From Kofleriaceae bacterium (GTDB lineage: Bacteria; Myxococcota_A; Polyangia; Haliangiales; Haliangiaceae), in contig JBKJLC010000141.1 in the NCBI GenBank assembly GCA_046597055.1, positions 1 through 44,930 on the forward strand: DNA of 44,930 bases, in the 5' to 3' direction. Below the pieces are notes generated by a model. The model saw only the letters and a program-made list of their open reading frames with translations. It ran no database searches and was not told where the DNA came from. Position numbers and translations under genes: made by a program. Shown one piece after another: positions 1 through 10,124 of the stretch. Numbering within the stretch: the stretch's first letter is position 1; each line of letters starts with the position of its first letter.

Positions 1-58
1 CCTGCAGGGCGTCGAGGCACGCTTCTACCTGCGCTACACCTACGGCGGCCCCCGCTAG
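1..58 (+). CDS. 3' end of a gene truncated by the window edge (...LQGVEARFYLRYTYGGPR*)
   Basis: Open frame from position 2 with GC3-rich codons, ending TAG at 56-58. The alternating aromatic pattern is beta-strand-like. Confidence 0.55.
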   Translation, partial: LQGVEARFYLRYTYGGPR

Positions 59-180
59 CAGCGGCTGCGGGCCTCGTCTGCGTCGTTGCCGGCCCCCTCA
101 ACTTCGTCACGACCAGACGGTCGCTCCTCGTCGGGGCCCCACCGTCGCCTCGCATCCGAGGCTCCTCGCGCGCTGCTAGC
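54..180. repeat. 127-bp imperfect palindrome, MITE/REP-like element
   Basis: Perfect 10-bp terminal inverted repeats GCTAGCAGCG (54-63) / CGCTGCTAGC (171-180). Nested inner pairs: GCCTCGtcTGCG/CGCAtcCGAGGC, GGCCCC/GGGGCC, CGACC/GGTCG. Lies between convergent genes. Confidence 0.65.
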
Positions 181-210
181 TGAACGGCTGATGGCTGACG
201 TCGGGACGCG

Positions 211-1512
211 TCAGCGGAGGGCCTTGCGGCCGGTGCCGATCAGGTCAAGCAAGACCCGGCGGAACGGGGCCCGCGGCTCGAGCATCGCGATCACCGCCGA
301 GACGCCGAGGCGGGCCCGCCAGAGCAGCGTGACCGCGGGCGGGATGGTGAGGCCGCCGGCGGCGAGGACCTGGCGGGTCGTGTGCGACAGCTCGGCGTGG
401 TAGCTGCGGTCCCAGCGGAACGGCTCGCTCGACGCGAACGGCGCCGCCAGCGCGCGCTCCCACTCGCGGTGCACGTCGGACGCGAGGCTGGTGGCGTGGC
501 GCAAGAGGCCCTGACGCGCGAGCGCCATGCGGAACCGCTCGGCCCCGGACGCCCCGTCCTCGTCGAGGATGCCGTACCAGAGCTCGCGATCGCCGGCCGC
601 CGCGGCCTCGTCGAGGTCGACCGTGCAGCCGAAGTCGAGGAACCATACGTGGACGCCGTCATCGAGCTTCTCGATCAGGTAGTTGCCGGGGTTGGGATCG
701 GCGTTGAAGAAGCCATGCCCGAGCGGCGTGCCCCACGCGAACCGCACGATCGCGACCGCGACCGCGGCCCGCAGCGCGGGATCGTCGTGGGCCAGCTCGG
801 TCAGCGGTAGCCCGCCGGCGCGGGTCATGGTGAGCACCCGGCGGGTCGACAGCGCCGGCACCACCGACGGGACCCGGATCACAGGATCGCCCTGCCACGC
901 GGCCCGGCAGCGCTCGAGCGCGGCGGCCTCGGCGACGTAGTCGACCTCGCCGAGGATCGCGGTGCGCAGCCGCGCGATCGCCTCGGTCGACAGCTCGCGG
1001 CCGAGCTCGGACCCGGCCAGGCGCCGCGCGAAGCCGTCGGACGCGAGGTCGCCGGCGAGCGCCTCGGCGACCCCGGGGTACTGGACCTTGACCGCCAGCT
1101 CCCGGCCGTCGCGATCGCGGGCAGCGTGGACCTGGCCGAGCGACGCCGCCGCGATCGGCGCCGGATCCCAGGCCGCGAACAGCGCCTGCGGCGGCGCGCC
1201 GAGCTCGTCCTCGATCACCTTGCTGATCGCGGCGGTCGGGACGGACGGGGCGGCGTCCCACAACGCCGCGAGCTCGGCCGGCGCACCGGCCGACGTGTAC
1301 GCGAGCAGCTGTGCGACCTTGGCCATGCCGCCCTTCATCTCGCCCGCGTGCCTGGCGAGCTCACGCTCACCCGCGGCGTCGACGATGCGGTCGTCGTCGT
1401 CGGAGCCGCTCGGCTCGGTGGTCACGATCTGCTTGACTCGCGCCCACACGCGGGCGAAGCCAACCTTCAGATCGGCCCCCAGGCGGCGACGCAGGCGATC
1501 ACGTTCGTTCAC
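211..1512 (-). CDS. ABC1/AarF/UbiB family atypical kinase
   Basis: Motifs KGGMAKVAQ, AAASLGQVH, AVKVQYPGV, ADPNPGN, LDFGC. Confidence 0.9.
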   Translation of the reverse strand: MNERDRLRRRLGADLKVGFARVWARVKQIVTTEPSGSDDDDRIVDAAGERELARHAGEMKGGMAKVAQLLAYTSAGAPAELAALWDAAPSVPTAAISKVIEDELGAPPQALFAAWDPAPIAAASLGQVHAARDRDGRELAVKVQYPGVAEALAGDLASDGFARRLAGSELGRELSTEAIARLRTAILGEVDYVAEAAALERCRAAWQGDPVIRVPSVVPALSTRRVLTMTRAGGLPLTELAHDDPALRAAVAVAIVRFAWGTPLGHGFFNADPNPGNYLIEKLDDGVHVWFLDFGCTVDLDEAAAAGDRELWYGILDEDGASGAERFRMALARQGLLRHATSLASDVHREWERALAAPFASSEPFRWDRSYHAELSHTTRQVLAAGGLTIPPAVTLLWRARLGVSAVIAMLEPRAPFRRVLLDLIGTGRKALR

Positions 1513-1676
1513 GGGCGAGACCCTAGCAAGATGACGATCAGGAAGAACCCGAAGACGAGCGGGCCGTGAACCGGGATCGCGGTCGGCTCGCCGACCAGGC
1601 TCCAGGTGAGCAGCGTTCCCTAGCCGATCGCACCGAGCAGCAGCGTGTACCCGAGCTGGAGCCCGAGACGTGGCAT
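1509..1676 (-). pseudogene. possible small membrane-protein remnant with an internal TAG
   Basis: MPRLGLQLGYTLLLGAIG*GTLLTWSLVGEPTAIPVHGPLVFGFFLIVILLGSRP*. Hydrophobic on both sides of the TAG (1620-1622). Final TGA overlaps the GTG start of the ABC1 gene. Confidence 0.3.
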
Positions 1677-1784
1677 GGCCGGACCGCCGCGCGATACCAC
1701 GACGTCCGCCACGCTCGGAAGCGAGTCCTCGACGCCCACCTTGCGTGGCAGGCGCCCGGCCCCCCCCGCACTGTTGTTCACCCC

Positions 1785-1828
1785 GAAAGCGTGAGCGGCC
1801 CCGCCCTGTCAGGGCGCAGGCCGCTCAC
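1785..1828 (-). terminator. stem-loop terminator downstream of the 58-aa gene
   Basis: GTGAGCGGCC (1791-1800) / GGCCGCTCAC (1819-1828) with inner CGCCCT/AGGGCG, followed by GCTTT on the minus strand. Confidence 0.6.
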
Positions 1829-1848
1829 CCCGAGCCATGAGCTCAGGG

Positions 1849-2025
1849 TTAGATATCGATCACCACCACGCCGCGATCTTCGCGTGGCGCGGCAGGCGGG
1901 TTCGCCCGGGATGGGTCGTGGTTGTGCCGCGGGCGTTCCAGCGGCATCTCGATCCGGTGCTCCGTGTCGCGCCGGCGTTCCTCTTCACGTCTCAAGATCT
2001 CTTCGATGATCCAGGGATCCAGCAT
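1849..2025 (-). CDS. 58-aa small hypothetical protein (MLDPWIIEEILRREEERRR...RGVVVIDI), absent from the ORF track
   Basis: ATG at 2025, TAA at 1849-1851. Purine-rich GGAAG upstream, downstream hairpin, upstream sigma54-like promoter. The + strand ORF 1837-2136 reads as its antisense shadow. Confidence 0.75.
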   Translation of the reverse strand: MLDPWIIEEILRREEERRRDTEHRIEMPLERPRHNHDPSRANPPAAPREDRGVVVIDI

Positions 2026-2095
2026 GGCGACTTCCGCCTTTCGGCCCTTCGTGGTCCTGCGTCGTCGTTATACGTCCGTCGTCAGGGAATGGTTC

Positions 2096-2112
2096 TGCAA
2101 GCTGTGCGCCCA
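2096..2112 (-). promoter_or_regulatory. putative sigma54 (-24/-12) promoter for the 58-aa gene
   Basis: Minus strand TGGGCGCACAGCTTGCA = GG-N10-GC with TTGCA, about 70 nt upstream of the ATG. Confidence 0.55.
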
Positions 2113-2180
2113 GCGGGGCAGCATGACGCCAGATGAGGATAACGCAACGGAAGCACTGGCGCTCTAGCCACCCGGGCAGG

Positions 2181-2208
2181 AAAAACGGGCAGGTCCCGGT
2201 AGCTGCCC
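2181..2208 (-). terminator. intrinsic terminator of the candidate ncRNA
   Basis: Minus strand GGGCAG-N10-CTGCCC followed by GTTTTT. Confidence 0.6.
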
Positions 2209-2365
2209 TGGGGCCCAACTGTGACTGCGACGGGGGTGATCCGTCCCCATCTGGGACACGTTTGCCTCAGTTCCTCAGCCGGTGTGCGGCCTTACCTGGT
2301 TCCTTGCGACCACGACACTTTTTGCGTACCAGGGCTCAAAAGCGTCACGTTGGGCGGAATCTCAC
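2181..2365 (-). ncRNA. candidate structured ncRNA (~185 nt), family uncertain; 6S-like size and closing stem
   Basis: Long-range stem GCCCAAC-GTGAC (2213-2225 pairs with 2344-2355), internal hairpins, minus-strand TACACT -10 box at 2372-2377, and a terminal hairpin plus U-tract. No credible ORF. Confidence 0.5.
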
Positions 2366-2469
2366 ACCGTGAGTGTACCCAGGCGGCTCACTGCTCCTCC
2401 GGATTGTGCGTCGTACGCGCCCGAGCGCGCATCCGCACCCATCGAGCGGGCGCCTCCCGCGCGGCCCGC

Positions 2470-3123
2470 TCAGTCGAGGTCGCGGAGTCGCCAGCGGCCG
2501 TCCTCGCGGAGGAATTTCACTTCGCTGCCGGCCCCGAACCGCATGCGGCCCTCGTTGCCCTGCTCGACGATCGGCTCTTCGATGTTGGCCTCGAGCATGT
2601 TCATGAGCTGGTCCATCCGCTCCTTGCTCTCGCCGGTGAACTGCAGCTTCATCTTGTCGACCGTCATCAGCTCGGCGTAGGCCTTGGGCACGAACCGCAG
2701 CATGACGTCCCAGCGCTCGAGCCGGTACGCCCGCAGGAACGACCGCAGGGCGGCGCGCGGGGTCGACTGGTCGTAGAACGCGAGCGGGTTCTCGGCGATG
2801 CGCCAGCCACCCGACTCGTGCACCAGGTGCAGGCTGTCGCCCAGGCCGTAGGTGATCTCGGCGGTGACCTCGAGCTTGGAGCGGCGACCGGCGAGTCGAC
2901 CCGCGGTGTCGGCCACCTCGCGGGGGTTATCGCGCATCATCCGGATGAACTCGTCCTTGCTGACCTTGGCGCGGAAGCTCGACGACATCAGGTCGTACGC
3001 GGCGTCGTAGTTCTTGCCCTTCAAGGCGGACGCGTAGCGGTCGAGGGTCGACGTCGGCGCGGTCCCGGGTCCGCCGCACGCGGCGAGGGCAACCACCGAC
3101 GTCCAGATCAGCACGGTGCGCAT
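2470..3123 (-). CDS. hypothetical lipoprotein with two NTF2-like/DUF4878-like repeats
   Basis: Lipobox LAAC. Two similar halves, each ending in ExGxWRI/L. Confidence 0.75.
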   Translation of the reverse strand: MRTVLIWTSVVALAACGGPGTAPTSTLDRYASALKGKNYDAAYDLMSSSFRAKVSKDEFIRMMRDNPREVADTAGRLAGRRSKLEVTAEITYGLGDSLHLVHESGGWRIAENPLAFYDQSTPRAALRSFLRAYRLERWDVMLRFVPKAYAELMTVDKMKLQFTGESKERMDQLMNMLEANIEEPIVEQGNEGRMRFGAGSEVKFLREDGRWRLRDLD

Positions 3124-3141
3124 GCGGGGCGGTTATAGCAG

Positions 3142-4443
3142 CTAGGTGTCGGCCACGCCGCGCGCAGCCAGCGCGGCCTGCGTCACCGCCGCATCGCTGG
3201 CGAAGGTCGCGAAGACGCGGGTCATCAGCACGGCGGCGAGGGCGACCGCGGCGGTCGCGGTGAGCATCGCCGGGCGCGCCCCGGCGCGCTCGTAGATCTC
3301 CCCGATCACGCGCGACGACGACGCGGTGCCGACCAGGTGCATCGTGAAGATCACGATCGCCTGGGCGGTCGCGGCCTGCGCGGGCGGCGCCACGTCGTCG
3401 ACCGACGCCGCCATCGGCCCGTGATACCAGCTGATGAAGAACATCGTCGCCAGCGACGCGACCCACAGCAGCGGCCCCCCGGGCGCCAGCACGCACACGG
3501 TGGCGCACGGCACGGTCAGCGCCATGCCCAGCGCGATGGCGCCGGGGCGGCCCCAGGCCCGGCCGCGACGCAGCCGGTCGGCGACCCGGCCGCCGGCGAC
3601 GACCCCGGCGAGCCCGGTCACCAGGCAGCCGCCGAGCAGCGTCGTCGCCGCCTGCTCCGACATGTGCTTGTCGTGGCGGAGGAAGTCGAGCAGCCAGGCC
3701 TGGTAGCCCCCGGCGGCGAACGACATCACCGTGGTCGCGACCATGATCCGGCGGATCGTGCGCACCCGCAGGATGATCGCGAGGTCGGCGCGCAGCTCGG
3801 CCCAGCCGGCGGCCAGGCCCGCGACGATCGCGCGCGGCAGCGGCCCGCCGGGGTGCGGCGGCGGCTGGGGCACGTCGATCGCGAGCAGCAGCGCGGCCAG
3901 CACGAAGCCGGGCAGCGCGACCGCGATCCAGCCGAACGGGAAGCCGAGCCCGGCGCCGAAGCCGATGCCGACCACGCCGCCGAGGAACAGGCCGAGGTTG
4001 AAGATCGCGAGCGCGAACGCCTTGCGGCCGCCCGCGTAGAGCTGGCCGAGGACGACGTTGGCGACCGGGACCACCGCGGCGGTGCCGAGCCCGACCAGCA
4101 CGCGCGACGCCAGCACCAGCCCGTAGCGGTCGGCGAGCGCGCCGGCGAGGCCGCCCAGGCTCCACAGCACCAAACCGCCCGCGAGCACGCGGCGGCGGTC
4201 GACCCGATCGGCGAGCCAGCCGACCGGCAGGGTCGCCAGCGCGTGCGGCAGCATGAACGCGGTGCCGAGCCAGCCGAGCGCGCCGGGGTCGACGTGGAAC
4301 TGCGCGCGCAGATCGTCGTAGGTCGCGAACACGACGTTGCGGCTCGCGTACGACAGCAGGTTCGCCAGCGCGAACAGCCCGAGCACCGTGGGGGCCCGCG
4401 TGCGGGTCCCCGACCCGGCGCCGGCGCCGAGGTCAGCCGCCAC
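3142..4443 (-). CDS. MFS transporter (spinster-like)
   Basis: About 12 hydrophobic segments; motif A GWLADRVDRRR and a second GRVADRLRR. Confidence 0.9.
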   Translation of the reverse strand: MAADLGAGAGSGTRTRAPTVLGLFALANLLSYASRNVVFATYDDLRAQFHVDPGALGWLGTAFMLPHALATLPVGWLADRVDRRRVLAGGLVLWSLGGLAGALADRYGLVLASRVLVGLGTAAVVPVANVVLGQLYAGGRKAFALAIFNLGLFLGGVVGIGFGAGLGFPFGWIAVALPGFVLAALLLAIDVPQPPPHPGGPLPRAIVAGLAAGWAELRADLAIILRVRTIRRIMVATTVMSFAAGGYQAWLLDFLRHDKHMSEQAATTLLGGCLVTGLAGVVAGGRVADRLRRGRAWGRPGAIALGMALTVPCATVCVLAPGGPLLWVASLATMFFISWYHGPMAASVDDVAPPAQAATAQAIVIFTMHLVGTASSSRVIGEIYERAGARPAMLTATAAVALAAVLMTRVFATFASDAAVTQAALAARGVADT

Positions 4444-4444
4444 C

Positions 4445-5845
4445 TCATTCCTCCGGTGGCAGCGGGTCGTCGTCGGGCGACGGCCCGGCGACCGGCGGGG
4501 CCGGCGCGGCCCCCTCGGTGACCGACCAGCGCAGCTGGTAGGGCGCGGGGCTCACCCCCTTCTTGTCGGGCTTCGCGGTGACCTTGAGATAGACCATCGT
4601 CTTGTGCGCGACGCCGAGCGCGCCCAGCGCCTCCGCCACCCCGACACCGCCGGCGTCGGCCTTGCCGAGGGTGGACCCGTTGCTCGCGATCGCCTCGACC
4701 GCGAGGTCGATGCCGGGTGGTGCGTCGACCGCGAGATCGAGGGTGAAGGCGCTGCTCGACTCCGACAGCGCGAAGATGTCGGTGTCGCCGGGGCCGATGG
4801 TCGCGCGCATCGAGCCCTGCGCCTGCTCGCCGAAGCGGAGCTGGGTCGAGCTCGAGGTGCGGTCGTTGGGCTCGGCCTCCTCGTCGAGGTCGAGCAGCCG
4901 GCTGGTCACGGTCAGCGTGTACGGCACCTCGTGGCTCGACGGACGGCCCGCGACCAGCACGAAGTGCACCGGTGCGCTGCCGGCGGTGACCCGGGGCGCC
5001 AGGCTGCGGAGCGTGACCGGCTCGCCCGGCTTGCCCTGCCCCTTCATGAGGGTCCGCCCGCCCGCGTCGGTGACCGACACGGTCAGGACCACGCCGTCGA
5101 CGCCGGTCACCGCGACGTCGAGACCATTGCCGTCGGTGAACGCGTCGATGCCGAGCTTCCAGGCGTCGACGTCGCTCGACCAGCCGATCGAGCCGGTCGA
5201 CGGCTCGCCCAGGGTCAGCTCGTTGGCGGTACCGGCGTCGTCGTTGGGCTCTTGCTCGACGCCAGCGGCCGGGGCCGCGGCCAGCTCGGTGGTCAGCTCG
5301 TAGGTCGCCGACGGGCCGACCCGCCCGGCGCCGGCGTCCGGGTTCTTCTTGGTCGCCTTCTTGCGCTTCACGACCTCGCGGACCACCAGGTAGTAGGTGC
5401 CCTTCGCGAGCGGCACGCCGACGACGCCCTCGGACGCGGCCGCGCCCGCGCGGTCGGCGGTCGCGACCACCGCGAACGTACGATCACGGACCTCGAGCTT
5501 GAGGTCGAGGCCGGCGACCCCGGTGACCCGCGCGGTCAGCACCTGCGGCCCGGGCGAGACCACCGTGAAGGCGTCGACGTCGGTGTCGCCATCGAGCGTG
5601 CCGCGCACGCCGCCCGCGAACGGACCGGCGGTGTCGGGATCGTTGTTGGGCTCGCGCTCGGGCGGACGGTCAGCGGCGACGGTCCCGCCGAGGCGATCGA
5701 CCAGCTCCACCGCGCCCCCGGCGTCCTTGTTGCGACGGAGCCGCTCGTCGGTGCCGCCGCCGCTACCGTTGCCCTTGCAGCCCGCGAGCGCGAGGGTCAG
5801 CGCCAGCGCGAGCGACGACCCTCGTGGCCGGGTGGGGCCGATCAC
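4445..5845 (-). CDS. lipoprotein with repeated PPC (pre-peptidase C-terminal)-like beta domains
   Basis: Lipobox LAGC; three ExEPND motifs, each followed by DxDxF/W. GTG at 5845 overlaps the fabZ stop (GTGA). Confidence 0.75.
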   Translation of the reverse strand: MIGPTRPRGSSLALALTLALAGCKGNGSGGGTDERLRRNKDAGGAVELVDRLGGTVAADRPPEREPNNDPDTAGPFAGGVRGTLDGDTDVDAFTVVSPGPQVLTARVTGVAGLDLKLEVRDRTFAVVATADRAGAAASEGVVGVPLAKGTYYLVVREVVKRKKATKKNPDAGAGRVGPSATYELTTELAAAPAAGVEQEPNDDAGTANELTLGEPSTGSIGWSSDVDAWKLGIDAFTDGNGLDVAVTGVDGVVLTVSVTDAGGRTLMKGQGKPGEPVTLRSLAPRVTAGSAPVHFVLVAGRPSSHEVPYTLTVTSRLLDLDEEAEPNDRTSSSTQLRFGEQAQGSMRATIGPGDTDIFALSESSSAFTLDLAVDAPPGIDLAVEAIASNGSTLGKADAGGVGVAEALGALGVAHKTMVYLKVTAKPDKKGVSPAPYQLRWSVTEGAAPAPPVAGPSPDDDPLPPEE

Positions 5846-6303
5846 GAAACCTTCCGGCGGTCCGCCATCGTCGCCAGCAGCTCGGCCTGCGACACCACCT
5901 GGCCGTCGACCCGGCACACCGCCTTCATCTTGAAGATCTTGCCCTTGCGCAGCGGCACCACCTCGATGATGAGCTGATCACCGGGGACCACCGGCCGGCG
6001 GAACTTGGCGGCGTCGATCGACAGGAACAGCATGACCTGGTTCACCGGATCGAACTGGATCACCTTGGACGCCAGGATCCCGCCGGCCTGCGCCATCGCC
6101 TCGATCTGCAGCACGCCCGGCATCACCGGCGCGCCCGGGAAGTGCCCGGGGAAGTACGGCTCGTTGTACGTCACGTTCTTGAGCGCGACGATCTTGTCGT
6201 CGGTGAGCTCGAGCACGCGATCGATCAGCAGGAATGGGAACCGGTGCGGCAGGAGCTCGAGGATCTTCTCGATGGCGATCGCGGTCGGTCGCGGTTCGGA
6301 CAT
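5842..6303 (-). CDS. fabZ: 3-hydroxyacyl-ACP dehydratase FabZ
   Basis: [44 protein letters not shown]. Confidence 0.97.
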   Translation of the reverse strand: MSEPRPTAIAIEKILELLPHRFPFLLIDRVLELTDDKIVALKNVTYNEPYFPGHFPGAPVMPGVLQIEAMAQAGGILASKVIQFDPVNQVMLFLSIDAAKFRRPVVPGDQLIIEVVPLRKGKIFKMKAVCRVDGQVVSQAELLATMADRRKVS

Positions 6304-6401
6304 GCGGTTTCCTATCACGTCCATCCCGGCGGCGGCTGCCGGCCGCCGTGACCGGGGCCACCGCGGCCTTCACGGACCAGGCCGCTGCGCGGGCGGCGCC
6401 G

Positions 6402-7376
6402 CTACGGGCGCAGCACGACCAGCACCGCGGTCGCGAACACGCTCTCGGCCCAGCGCTCCTTGTAGTCCATCGCGGTGCCGAGGTCGTACGCGAGCACACC
6501 CTCGGCGGCCAGCCGCTCGATCTGCTCGCGCTGCAGCAGGTTGCCCGGCGAGAACCGCCGGTAGCTGTCATCGAACGAGAACTGCAGCCCGCGGTACTCG
6601 CCAGCGAACACGCCGCCCAGCACGAAGGCGACGTCGTGATCGGCGTGGCGCGCGAACACCAGCCGCAGCCGGCCGCGCTCGGCCAGCCGTGGCACCATCG
6701 CGGCGTAGAAGTCGCGCATCGGGCCCTCGGCGACGCCGACGCCGGACTGGCCTTTCCAGCTGCGCCGCTCGATCGCGAGCACGCGGTCGAGCGCGGCGGT
6801 CGCCGCGGTCGCGGTGGTCGCGGTGACCTCCTCGTAGCGGATGCCATGCGCGGCGGCGGCCCGCTGGTCGGCGCGCAGCGCCTTGCGGAAGTTGCGGCTG
6901 CGGCGCGACAGGAAGCCGTCGACCCCGCCCTCGAGGCTGGCGACGAACCGCTCGGTGGTCGGCCCCCGGCCCCAGCGCCAGCCCCGCGGCAGCGCCGCCA
7001 GCATCGCGCGCTCGTGGTCGCCGCCGACCGGGATGCCGCCGACCAGCAGCCCATCCCAGCCCGGCCGATCCGCGATGGCAGCGACGAACGCGGGCGCGAC
7101 CTCGCGCGGCTCGCCGACCAGCGGGCACGCCAGCCCCCACGCCAGCTCGAGCGGCTCGAGGAACCAGGCGCCGGCGTGGCGCTGGACCCGCGCCGTCGCT
7201 GCCCAGCCGCGGTCGCCGCGCAGGATCCACGGCTCGCGCTCGCCCATGAGCGCGGCGTGGGCGGCCAGCACCCACGCCGACGAGGAACAGAACCGATCGA
7301 TCCCGGGCGTGCGCGCGACCGCGTCGTCGAACGCGTCGGCGTCGCGGGCGAGCTCGTCGAGGCCGACCGGCCACAT
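6402..7376 (-). CDS. GNAT acetyltransferase, CelD/BcsL-like
   Basis: SRNFRKALR, IERRSWK, FSPGNLL, YDLG..MDYKERW. Start uncertain (7376 or 7388). Confidence 0.8.
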   Translation of the reverse strand: MWPVGLDELARDADAFDDAVARTPGIDRFCSSSAWVLAAHAALMGEREPWILRGDRGWAATARVQRHAGAWFLEPLELAWGLACPLVGEPREVAPAFVAAIADRPGWDGLLVGGIPVGGDHERAMLAALPRGWRWGRGPTTERFVASLEGGVDGFLSRRSRNFRKALRADQRAAAAHGIRYEEVTATTATAATAALDRVLAIERRSWKGQSGVGVAEGPMRDFYAAMVPRLAERGRLRLVFARHADHDVAFVLGGVFAGEYRGLQFSFDDSYRRFSPGNLLQREQIERLAAEGVLAYDLGTAMDYKERWAESVFATAVLVVLRP

Positions 7377-7503
7377 CGGGGCCGACACCCTACCCGCCCG
7401 CCGCCGTGCCAGGTGGCGTGCGGCCGCCCACGGCGGGTGTGAACGGAGCGTCTGCACGCATCACGACCGAGTATGATCGACCGGCCGTCATGCCAGGGCC
7501 CTG

Positions 7504-8493
<990 letters not shown>

Positions 8494-8522
8494 CCGCGCC
8501 CGGCCGCCGCGCCGGCCCCGGC

Positions 8523-8804
8523 TCACTTCTGGTGGAGCTGCTTCCACGCGGCGTAGGGCATGCCGTAGACGATCTCGCGGGCGGCGTCGTCGGTGAGCGG
8601 GACGCCGCGCTCCTCGGCCGCGGCCCGGTACCACTTCGACAGGCAGTTGCGGCAGAAGCCGGCCAGGTTCATGAGGTCCAGGTTCTGGACGTCGGTGCGG
8701 CCGCGGAGGTGCTCGACCAGGCGACGGAACGCGGCCGCCTCGAGCTCGGTGCGGGTCTGCGCGTCGAGGCCGGCCCCGGCTGCGGCGGTTGGATCGATGG
8801 ACAT
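8523..8804 (-). CDS. DUF1244 family protein
   Basis: ELEAAAFRRLVEHL..RTDVQNLDLMNLAGFCRNCLSKWY...VYGMPY. Confidence 0.92.
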   Translation of the reverse strand: MSIDPTAAAGAGLDAQTRTELEAAAFRRLVEHLRGRTDVQNLDLMNLAGFCRNCLSKWYRAAAEERGVPLTDDAAREIVYGMPYAAWKQLHQK

Positions 8805-8860
8805 GGCGGTGTCTTACCGCAGGCGGGGGCGCCGGGCGACGGCTGTGCTAGAACCGCGCG

Positions 8861-10039
8861 GTGACGGCGTCGTCGGTGACCAGGCTCGAGAAGGACGGAA
8901 CCACCTACCACGTGGTCGGGACCGCGCACGTGTCGAGCCGCTCGGTCGACGAGGTGCGTGCCGTGATCGCCGAGGTCAAGCCGCAGGTCGTGTGCGTCGA
9001 GCTGTGCCAGGGCCGCTTCGACGCGCTCACCTCGGAGAGCTCGTTCCGCCACCTCGACGTCTTCAAGGTCGTGCGCGAGGGCAAGGCGCTCTACCTCCTC
9101 GCCCACCTCGCCCTCGCCAGCTACCAGCGCAAGATGGGCCAGGCGCTCGGCGTGAAGCCCGGCTCCGAGCTGCTCGCCGCGGTCGAGGCGGCCAAGGAGA
9201 TCGGCGCCCGCGTCGAGCTGGTCGATCGCGACATCCACGTGACGCTCAAGCGCACCTGGGCCAACCTCGGCCTGTGGAAGCGGTCGATGCTGATGTCGTC
9301 GTTGATGGTCGGCTGGGGCGCCGACGATCAGGAGGACGCCAAGGAGCTGTCGGCCGACGACATCGAGAAGCTCAAGGAGCCCAAGGCGCTGTCGGAGATG
9401 CTGTCGCAGCTGGCGACCGCGCTGCCCGAGGTGAAGAAGCCCCTCATCGACGAGCGCGATCAGTACCTGATCGCCGGCGCCGAGGCCGCCGCCAAGGGCG
9501 CCAAGGACGTGGTCGTCGTGGTCGGCGCCGCCCACGTCCCGGGCATGAAGCTGCAGTTCGGCAAGCCGGTCGACCGCGAGGCGCTGGGCCGGCTGCCGGC
9601 GCCCTCGAAGCTCTGGACCGCGCTGAAGTGGGCGGTCCCGCTCCTGATCGTGGCGGGCATGATCTGGGGCGCCTTCAACAGCGAGTCGGTCACCGCCCAG
9701 GACGTGCTGCTCGCGCTGGTCCTGCCGACCTCCATCGGCGCTGGCGTGCTGACGCTGCTGGGAGGTGCCAAGCCGCTCACGGTGCTGGTCGCGGCGGTGG
9801 TGGCGCCGGTCGCGGCGATCCATCCGCTGCTGGGGACCGCGATGGTGGTCGGCCCGTGCGAGGCCTGGCTACGCAAGCCGACCGTGGTCGACTGCGAGCG
9901 CCTCCCCGACGACATCCAGACGATGCGCGGGTTCTTCCGAAACCCCGTCTTGCGCATCTTGCTGGTGGCGATCCTGAGCGGGCTGGGAACCCTGCTCGGG
10001 ATGTGGGTCGGCGCGGTCTGGATCGCGACGCTCCTCTGA
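8861..10039 (+). CDS. TraB/GumN (TraB/PrgY) family protein with C-terminal membrane segments
   Basis: VGTAHVS, VCVELC, GVKPGSEL, LIDERD, VVGAAHVPG. Confidence 0.92.
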   Translation: MTASSVTRLEKDGTTYHVVGTAHVSSRSVDEVRAVIAEVKPQVVCVELCQGRFDALTSESSFRHLDVFKVVREGKALYLLAHLALASYQRKMGQALGVKPGSELLAAVEAAKEIGARVELVDRDIHVTLKRTWANLGLWKRSMLMSSLMVGWGADDQEDAKELSADDIEKLKEPKALSEMLSQLATALPEVKKPLIDERDQYLIAGAEAAAKGAKDVVVVVGAAHVPGMKLQFGKPVDREALGRLPAPSKLWTALKWAVPLLIVAGMIWGAFNSESVTAQDVLLALVLPTSIGAGVLTLLGGAKPLTVLVAAVVAPVAAIHPLLGTAMVVGPCEAWLRKPTVVDCERLPDDIQTMRGFFRNPVLRILLVAILSGLGTLLGMWVGAVWIATLL

Positions 10040-10124
10040 TGCTGATGCTGATGCCGCGACGCTGAAGCTGACACACAATCCGCCCCGCCCGCCGTACGGC
10101 GCGTGTATGGTCGGACCAGTGTCC

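Noticed and set aside
1620..1622. Pyrrolysine or amber recoding of the in-frame TAG
   Set aside because: TAG is used as a normal stop by many genes here, and no pyl machinery is visible.
1837..2136. 99-aa + strand ORF
   Set aside because: Reverse shadow of the 58-aa minus-strand gene, which has promoter, SD-like and terminator support.
2290..2320. Resemblance to SRP RNA helix 8 (GUCGUGGUCGCAAGGAACCAG)
   Set aside because: Lacks the conserved CAGG/AGCAG symmetric-loop bases; not called as ffs.
10036..10053. (CTGATG)3 giving tandem TGA stops after the TraB gene
   Set aside because: Too short to be meaningful; probably simple slippage.
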